From assembly GCA_054661495.1 (NCBI GenBank), contig BAAFSQ010000475.1:1-5618 (forward strand): a DNA stretch of 5,618 bases, given 5' to 3'. This document shows, piece by piece, positions 1 to 5,618 of this stretch; the stretch's first letter is position 1, and every line of letters starts with the position of its first letter. The notes under the pieces are model-generated. The model saw only the letters and a list, made by a program, of their open reading frames with translations. It ran no database searches and had not been told where the DNA came from. The DNA is from Zygophlyctis sp. KS116 (lineage: Eukaryota; Fungi; Chytridiomycota). The position numbers were made by a program, and so were the translations under genes.

Positions 1-35
1 ACCATTTGTCTATTGATGAGAAACTACGAATAATT

Positions 36-1659
36 TCATATGAAAATGGTATCATTCGGTGCTCTATCTATACTACTTGCGTCGTTAGAGGACTGCGCAT
101 GGGGGGATCTGTCCACTGGGTTAAAGTTGCGTAGGACTCTGGTTCTGCTTTCTAGCTTTCGGGTGACTTCAGGGATTGCAGGTGCAGGGACATAGAGTTC
201 CAGGATGGAATTACCAATTTTAGACCATAGAATAACTTCACGCCTTAGACCAAGATGATCAAGGACTCCTTCTACCACTTCAGATACTTCTTTTTGTGAT
301 CTGCATTTACTAAGGACCCCATTATTAACAGCAATATGTATCTTCTTGAACTCAGTAGGTTCGGGATTAAGGTTAAATAGTTTGGCAGTTATTTTATCCC
401 ATGCAGGAGCTGGCTTACTCGGGAGATTTATGCCTCCCCTTTTTTTGGTAGCTGACGCATACGTCTGTAGTGGAGGATCGCCAGTTGCCCACGGATCTGG
501 AGTAGGTTTAGGAACTAAAGAGATATCTGTTGCACTCCCTGTATTTCTAGCTATATTCGTAGCAAATGGTGGCGGTGATACAGGCTTGGGAGGGAGATCA
601 AAGGAGAAGCTAAATTTCCTTGGGAGACAAAGGATTTTGGGGAGAAAGATATAGTTGAAGGGGTAGAGGATATAGTAGATGAGGTATCTTGCGAGAGAGA
701 TTCAGCTGGAGGGAGAGAAGAGAGAGAAGTTTCTTGAGGAAGAGAGATAGATGTTGGGAAAGAACGAAAAGTAGTCTGGAGGGGTGGGGTCCCTTGAGAG
801 AGAGAAATTCCTGCGGGGAAAGAGGGATCTGGAGAGGGGGGCTTAATTGACGGTTGAGAATCAAAGGAGGGGGCGGTAGAGGATGAGTATCAGTTTGGTA
901 GAAGTTCGTCATAATTTTGTTGCTGCCCAGAGATAAGGCCTCTGGGGGGTAGATCTGCTTCTTTAAGGCTTCTAGCTGTGCACGTAATTTCATTATCGTT
1001 TGATGTAGCTCTTCCTGGTTATCTTGAACATCATCACTACCACTATCTGGGGAGCTACATCGTTTACGTTTCCCTGAGGTTTGGGGGTACAAGAAGGATT
1101 TTAGAGGTGCCTCGTTGTCCCTTTCAACAATAGCTGCCTTGAGGGTTTTGAGATCCACATCAACCAGTGTCTCCGCCTCTGCTTTAGAGATGGCAGTGAG
1201 GAGAATGATAGCACTTATTTGTTTCACCCGGTCAATATATGCTCGCCGAAAGGCTGTATACTTCCCACCAAACCACTTTATAGGGAAGTCCGACTGTTTC
1301 GAGAAATCATTAATCCATGATTCAAAATTGCAATGTTTATTGCAGTTTTTGACCTGGCATGCGAACTGGAGATTTTTCAGTTGACCAGACGTAGTGACAT
1401 GTCTTGGTCTCATCTGTCCTTTTCCACAGCCAAAACATGAGAAAGAAATATTGCAGTTCTTCATAGCAAAGAATAGGCTGCGTTCTTTTTCATGGAACTC
1501 TTGATCTTTTTGAGTAATTCTGTCAAAAAGTTCTTCTGTAAAGATTACACTTTTTTGGACTAGATTCACTTTAACTACTTCCATTTCAGAGAAGGGGATT
1601 TCTTCAGTAGCTTCTGAGCGATTCATAGGGGAAAAATCATTACTATGAGAGAATACCAT
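36..1659 (-). pseudogene. Frameshifted ORF1/gag-like nucleic-acid-binding protein, probably from a non-LTR (LINE-like) retrotransposon
   Basis: ATG at 1659. The N-terminal frame has a Cys cluster (CFGC-x22-CQVKNC, ~1330-1437), a basic GKRKR patch and a heptad-like stretch (LHQTIMKLRAQLEALKK). From ~960-890 to ~615 a second frame reads as a coherent S/P/T-rich linker (one TGA near 890). A third frame is stop-free from 701 to 36: ...PPLQTYASATKKRGG...TEFKKIHIAVNN...VILWSKIGNSILELYVP...RNFNPVDRSPH. From memory this layout resembles ORF1 of LINE-like elements in early-diverging fungi; no search was run. No ORF2 in the window. Confidence 0.55.
614..823 (-). repeat. Four degenerate 36-nt (12-aa) coding repeats in the ORF1 linker
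   Basis: Minus-strand units start at 823, 763, 718 and 649, all in one frame: SFPAGISLSQGT, SFPTSISLPQET, SLPPAESLSQDT, SFSPKSFVSQGN. Spacings are 60, 45 and 69 nt, all multiples of 3. Confidence 0.7.
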
Positions 1660-1700
1660 CGCCTCGTTTTAAAAATTTTTCGGTGCACAACAACTTGTTA

Positions 1701-1740
1701 CTACTAGTAAACTAGTAGCTAACTAGTGAATAGAACTAGT
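1701..1740. repeat. Cluster of four ACTAGT palindromes in the putative 5' leader of the ORF1 element
   Basis: ACTAGT at 1703, 1711, 1722 and 1735. CTACTAGT-aa-ACTAGTAG (1701-1718) is a perfect inverted repeat. The cluster lies 44-81 nt upstream of the minus-strand ATG at 1659. Confidence 0.75.
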
Positions 1741-1743
1741 ACT

Positions 1744-2919
1744 CATTTGGAGAACCCTAATAGTAAGAAGGTCTCAGATAAGCCACTTGAGATAAGACTT
1801 AGGATTTGAAGGTTTAACCCAGATTCGAACACTGGAAGCCCTAAAGGAAAGGTTAGAGCAAGAAGAAAACGCGTCTTTACGTGAGAGGCTATCAATGATA
1901 TGATAGCATCTGCAATCCAAAGTACCCTAGAAGGTACTTTAAAGTATGGTAGCAACCGCCCAAATTTTTGGCCTTTCAATGTGCCAAGAATACGATGGAG
2001 AACGAGGTCAAACTTGGCGTGTTTTTAAGAGTAAATTTCTCAATGAATTAAGTCGCCCTGGTCCCCAATATGCTGGCCTAGAGTATCAATTTTTATACTC
2101 TAAGGCTACTGGCAACTTTCTTAAATTTTTAGACGCTCAGGATTATTCTGGGAAAAGTTTTTTAGAAATTTGAGCGATTCTTGATTCAGTCTTCAATGGC
2201 ACTAATCCTCGTCAAGAAGCTCTGCGTTCTCTAGACAATCTAAAAAACAAAGGAACTTCATTGTCGAAGATAAGAGACTATTATTACTCCTTTCAGTCTC
2301 TTCAGAGAGAAACTGGTCTGAACACTAAAGATCTTTATCAAAAGTTTATGGAAGGATTTTCTTCAAAGAATCGTGATTTTGTCAAAAATAACTTTGCCAA
2401 TCCTTTCGTCAATTATAGAAATAAACTGGAGTCTTTGAAAATTTTACCTCTCTCACGTCATTTCAGGAAGGCCTTGTTAAATATGTAGAGGAGTATCTTT
2501 TGGCAATTTCAGGAAATACTGTTCCGTGTTAAAGCCGCGGGTGATAGAATCCCAGTAGGAAAAGAAGATCCGATGGTCCTACTGTCTTTAGAGGATCCCG
2601 ACATCCTTAAAATGCGGTTAAAATTTCTGTGCACGAAAAATGAATTCCGGAAATATTGTTCTATCAATTAAAAAATTTTGATCGACGGCTCTTAGAAAAA
2701 AATCATATATATTTTGGGTGCCGCAGATATTATCCGGGATCCTTTGAATCAAGGTTGTAACCCACGAGATTCTCGTATTGCAGTTTTAGATATTGCAGCA
2801 CTGGGAATTCAACAGGTGGAGGATCAGTACGTTTATTCTTTGCAATCTAACACGATAGATAGTATGTCTGATCACAATACATCTACTAAGAAAGCACTGA
2901 ATAAACGTACTTGTTCTCA
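1744..2919 (+). pseudogene. gag: Decayed LTR-retrotransposon gag (Ty3/gypsy-like capsid, basic region and remnant zinc knuckle)
   Basis: Read through stops and frameshifts: ...PFNVP/EYDGERGQTWRVFKSKF...SFLEI*AILDSVFNGTNPRQEALRSLDNLKNKGTSLSKIRDYYYSFQSLQRETGLNTKDLYQKFMEGF. This fits the Retrotrans_gag/MHR-like pattern. From 2437, frame 1 gives ENFTSLTSFQEGLVKYVEEY...SRKRRSDGP...FDRRLLEKNHIYFGCRRY, which looks like a CxxC knuckle with the first C changed to Y at 2710. At least 8 in-frame stops and 2-3 frameshifts. Both ends are approximate. Confidence 0.7.
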
Positions 2920-3174
2920 TGTTATACCTGTAGTCCATTGTACCTTGAGCAAACCACTTCTAATCGCAGTTGATGACAAAATTCTAAATAAGTTTAGTTT
3001 TCCTATGCTATGCCAGGAGATCAATACATAACCCTAACCAAGCACACGTTTTATCTCCCAAGTGATCACTAAAAGCATCAATCCACGTGTCCAAGCTACT
3101 AAGCAATAATCATATGATATTCTGAATTAGTCCAATTGTAAGTAGTAGGTCTATGTGACCCTAAAAACATAACA
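2920..3174 (-). repeat. Complete 3' LTR (255 bp) of a minus-strand Ty3/gypsy element
   Basis: Perfect 6-bp inverted termini: TGTTAT (2920-2925) and ATAACA (3169-3174), i.e. canonical TG...CA. On the minus strand it starts 1 nt after a polypurine tract, which follows the integrase stop codon by 9 nt. The left end rests on the inverted terminus only. Confidence 0.85.
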
Positions 3175-3175
3175 A

Positions 3176-3185
3176 CTCCTCCCTC
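3176..3185 (-). other. Polypurine tract (plus-strand synthesis primer)
   Basis: The minus strand reads TAA(stop)-gaatttagt-GAGGGAGGAG-t-TGTTATG, the canonical PPT/LTR arrangement. Confidence 0.88.
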
Positions 3186-3194
3186 ACTAAATTC

Positions 3195-3790
3195 TTACAT
3201 ATCATTTAGAGCTTCATCTTCCGATTCATCATCATTAGCATTTCTGATTTTATTGCCGTAATAAAATTGACTGATATCCTTGGAATCATAATGTCTTAAA
3301 TCATCTTGGTGAACTGGGGAATCCAAAAGTTGACCGTTCGGCAGCATCAATCTATATAATGAATTTGATAGAACCTCATCTACAATATATGGGCCAGTAT
3401 TTTGGTATCTAAGCGACTTTTTGTTGATTAATTCTAGGGACAAAAGTACCCGGAGCAAACATCTCATCAATAAAATCGTCTCCCTGATTCTTCTTCATTT
3501 TAGCCATTTGAGCCCTTGAGTTGAAGTATGCGGCCGCTCTCTTTTGGCCCAATTCTGCCAACTCTCGAGCAGTATATTGCATCCTATCATCAAATTCGTC
3601 GTAGCTAAACATAACAGGATGTTCTAAATCGCCGGGCATCCGAGCTTGAATTCCATATAGCAAATAAAAGGGGGTTTCACCTGTGACATCATGGACTCTG
3701 AAATTCAGTGCATTATTTGCTTGTGTGAGGTAATCTTCCCACAGCTCTGGCTGTCCATCAGTGAGTTTAGTGAGATTATTTTTTAGAAGT
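3195..3790 (-). pseudogene. pol: Ty3/gypsy integrase, C-terminal half (5'-truncated, one frameshift)
   Basis: LLKNNLTKL...WEDYLTQANNALNFRVHDVTGETPFYLLYG, then FAPGTFV, then a frameshift near the T-run at 3418-3422 into TGPYIVDEVLSNSLYRLMLPNGQLLDSPVHQDDLRHY (GPY/F motif at 3387-3395). Stop at 3197-3195. The HHCC and D,D35E residues are missing and there is no chromodomain. Confidence 0.92.
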
Positions 3791-4841
3791 AAATGATAAA
3801 AGCCCATTGCCAAACTTATCAGAACTCCGTGACAGAGTTGTTGGTGCAAAAGTTTTTTCTTCTATGGATTTCAGGGATGGGTTCTACAACATTCTAGTAA
3901 AGGAGGCTGATCGTCATAAAACTGCTTTCAGAACTCGCTATGGTCATTATGAATTTAATGTATTACCGTTGGGCCTGACCAACTCTCCTGCGACCATGCA
4001 GAACACCATGAATAGAATCTTTGGAAATTTTATCGACACCTGGTTATTAATCTATTTGGATAACTTACTGGTTTATAGCAAGACTAGAGAGGAACATTTA
4101 GCAAGTCTTAGAGTGGTATTAGATCTTTTACGGCGTAACAAGCTCTACCTGAAGCAAGAAAAATGTTTCTGTATGGCTAAATCAGTTAAAATCTGCGGGC
4201 ATATCCTCTCAGCAAATGGTATAAGCGTCAATACATCCAAAATCCCAGGTTTAGATAGAGCTACCTCATCAAATCCAAAAGAAGTCCAAAGCTTTCTTGG
4301 TCTAATCAATTGGTTTAGAGAATTTATACCAATGTTCAGAACTGTCGCAACCACTTTCGAATTTAACTGGCGCAAATAAAAAGAGAACCAGGCATACCAC
4401 AGTCTAATAGATATACTACAGAAAGCTCCAACTCTCCAACACTACAATCCAAACCAGCAAACTTATCTTTACACGGACGCTTCTGATTATGCCGTGGGGG
4501 GATGGATCGGTCAACCTGATGGAAATGGCAAAATCCTTCCAGTTGTCTACTATTACAGGAAAATGAATAGCCATGAGTTGAAATATCCAGTTCACGAGAA
4601 AGAATTATTAGCTATTATTGCAATGTTAGACCACCATTCTGTATATTTGTGTCAGGGAGCTATCTGTAGGACAGATCATAAACCCTTAGTTTGGTTACAA
4701 TCCCAGCCGCTTCTATCTGGGAGACAGGCGCGGTGGGTTAGGAAGTTGCAGGAATACGATCTAACAATTGAATATCTACCAGGAAGACTTAATTCAATAG
4801 CTGATTTCTTAAGCCGACAGCCATCAGTGTCTCCTAAATGC
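3789..4841 (+). pseudogene. pol: Ty3/gypsy reverse transcriptase-RNase H fragment
   Basis: One frame: VNDKSPLPNLSELRDRVVGAKVFSSMDFRDGFYNI...KTAFRTRYGHYEFNVLPLGLTNSPATMQ...IYLDNLLVYS...EVQSFLGLINWFREFIP. A single TAA at 4377-4379 is followed by APTL...YTDASDYAVGG...YPVHEKELLAI...TDHKPL...RWVRKLQEYDLTIEYLPGRLNSIADFLSR. Catalytic YxDD reads YLDN (4053-4064). A small in-frame deletion is likely near 4350. The RT N-terminus, protease and integrase are absent. Confidence 0.95.
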
Positions 4842-4958
4842 GATCAATGCATTTACTCAGGAATGATAAATGGTGAATTTGTTCTCTTGGGTCTCTATGT
4901 AGACGATTTAATATTAGCTTCTAAAAATCCCAACATTCTGGATAAGATTAAGAAAGTC
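4842..4958 (+). pseudogene. pol: Ty1/copia reverse transcriptase fragment (catalytic YVDD region)
   Basis: DQCIYSGMINGEFVLLGLYVDDLILASKNPNILDKIKK matches the copia RT pattern DxCxY...LYVDDLLI; YVDD at 4896-4907. Confidence 0.9.
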
Positions 4959-5084
4959 CCCATCGACCTATTAATTCTACAATTTTACATGGAAACAACC
5001 AAGGCAGCCTCATTCTCGCAGAGAACCCAAAGAGCCACTCGAGAACAACACATTGACACCAGACACCACTTTATAAGAGATCAT
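4959..5084 (+). pseudogene. pol: Ty1/copia RNase H C-terminal fragment
   Basis: Frame 2 reads HRPINSTILHGNNQGSLILAENPKSHSRT. After an apparent 2-nt deletion at ~5048, frame 3 reads HIDTRHHFIRD. This matches the copia consensus DNQ.AI.LA.NP..H.RTKHIDIR.HFIRD, with DNQ changed to NNQ at 4994. Confidence 0.9.
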
Positions 5085-5360
5085 AACTCTATAGCAATCC
5101 TCTTGGTTGTCATAAACAAAGAAGAAGCCCGGTTCACAATGATTATCCAGTTTCTTTCTCTCCTCCACTGGTACTTGGATGATAACTTCAGACCCAAAAA
5201 TTCTCAAATCCTTGATCTCTGGATTTTTTTCTCTAATTGATTTGTAAGGTGAATCTTTTAGTTTTTGATTATAACTTGTGTTTAAGATGTAGACTGCAGT
5301 GTTAACGGCTTCAGCCCGTAAGCTTTTTGGTAAGTTAGAAACAATTAACATAGTTCTAGT
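5082..5360 (-). pseudogene. pol: Ty1/copia integrase C-terminal / SH3-like fragment
   Basis: RTMLIVSNLPKSLRAEAVNTAVYILN...SPYKSIREKNPEIKDLRIFGSEVIIQVPVEERKKLDNHCEPGFFFVYDNQEDCYRV matches the copia pattern ARSML..S.LP..LWAEAV.TA.Y..NR...TPYE...KP....LRVFG...KLD...G.FVGY...GYR. Confidence 0.92.
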
Positions 5361-5449
5361 TAGTGTTGAGATGAGGTTTGGTCTTCAGGCTCAGCACCCA
5401 GACCTATTGGGGAGGATTCAGTGTTATTAATAAGATCTAAGTCAGACAT
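5360..5449 (-). other. Short ORF start, possibly the truncated N-terminus of a gag
   Basis: An A-rich leader and AAAAATGTCT start context give MSDLDLINNTESSPIGLGAEPEDQTSSQH*, ending exactly where the copia integrase fragment begins. No diagnostic motif. Confidence 0.3.
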
Positions 5450-5497
5450 TTTTATTAGTTATTTTATAGTTCAAAAGTTCCCACTTATATTGTTTGT

Positions 5498-5618
5498 TGT
5501 TGCGTTATTTGAAGAATTATAGTTGTGGTTTAGAATTCTCCAGAACCATCCAGACCCATCCAGAACATTCTAGACACTTGTATAAGACTATAAGATTCTT
5601 ATAAGATGATAACTCCAA
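5498..5618. repeat. Probable short copia-type LTR, cut by the window edge
   Basis: Starts TGTTGCGTTAT (5498-5508). The window ends ATAACTCCAA, whose reverse complement TTGGAGTTAT forms an imperfect inverted terminus if the next bases are CA. Contains 10-bp tandem repeats and TATAAGA repeats. Confidence 0.5.
5531..5606. promoter_or_regulatory. 10-bp tandem repeats with an HSE-like motif, followed by three TATAAGA motifs
   Basis: tagaattctc / cagaaccatc / cagacccatc / cagaacattc / tagac (5531-5575). aGAAcaTTCtaGACa (5562-5576) approximates nGAAnnTTCnnGAAn. TATAAGA occurs at 5581, 5589 and 5600. The repeats are directly seen; function is inferred. Confidence 0.5.

Larger units (their letters stand above)
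2920..3790 (-). mobile_element. 3' end of a Ty3/gypsy LTR retrotransposon (integrase tail, PPT, LTR)
   Basis: Integrase, PPT and LTR are in the correct order and spacing on the minus strand. Confidence 0.88.

Noticed and set aside
3-60. Plus-strand HLSIDEKLRIISYENG resembling a transposase HTH start
   Set aside because: Too short and at the window edge; cannot be told from chance.
346-654. 102-aa plus-strand ORF
   Set aside because: Antisense shadow of the stop-free minus frame 36-701; TTG start and no motif.
590-890. Strong G/A-rich strand skew (possible G-quadruplex or triplex)
   Set aside because: Explained by Ser/Pro/Leu codons of the minus-strand linker.
1115-1384. 89-aa plus-strand ORF
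   Set aside because: Antisense to the ORF1-like coding region; no independent features.
1743-1979. 78-aa minus-strand ORF
   Set aside because: Antisense to the gag N-terminal region.
1807-2643. Alternative genetic code (TGA read as sense)
   Set aside because: TAA/TAG stops and frameshifts also disrupt the same frames, and Trp is encoded by TGG in conserved motifs; pseudogenisation is simpler.
2850-2919. Possible separate LTR fragment with AATAAA at 2900-2905
   Set aside because: No termini visible, and the frame from the gag tail stays open through it; unresolved.
2714-3031. 105-aa plus-strand ORF
   Set aside because: Crosses the LTR boundary at 2920; a chance read-through from the gag tail into LTR sequence.
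3029-3039. Telomere-like TAACCCTAACC
   Set aside because: Fewer than two full units and located inside an LTR.
4145-4375. 76-aa minus-strand ORF
   Set aside because: Antisense to the gypsy RT.
1-5618. Prokaryotic RT system (retron, DGR, group II intron) or CRISPR-like array of TE spacers
   Set aside because: The RT motifs are clearly LTR-retrotransposon type, and I found no recurring repeat at the fragment junctions.

Overview
AT-rich eukaryotic DNA, most resembling fungal repeat DNA (taxon is an inference). Almost the whole window is a mosaic of broken retrotransposon pieces in alternating orientation, with no intact host gene or RNA gene. Left to right: (-) a frameshifted ORF1/gag-like protein, probably from a non-LTR element, with its short 5' leader (36-1741); (+) a heavily decayed Ty3/gypsy-type gag (~1744-2919); (-) a complete 255-bp LTR (2920-3174, TGTTAT...ATAACA) with its polypurine tract and the 3' part of a Ty3/gypsy integrase (3176-~3790); (+) Ty3/gypsy RT-RNase H (~3789-4841) with YLDD changed to YLDN; (+) a Ty1/copia RT YVDD fragment and a copia RNase H fragment (4842-5084); (-) a copia integrase C-terminal fragment (~5082-5360); (-) a short orphan ORF start (5360-5449); and a probable short copia-type LTR running off the right edge (5498-5618). 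The best reading is a nested-insertion and deletion TE graveyard. A small-RNA trap locus or an amplification/assembly chimera cannot be excluded from sequence alone. I see no convincing new functional system.
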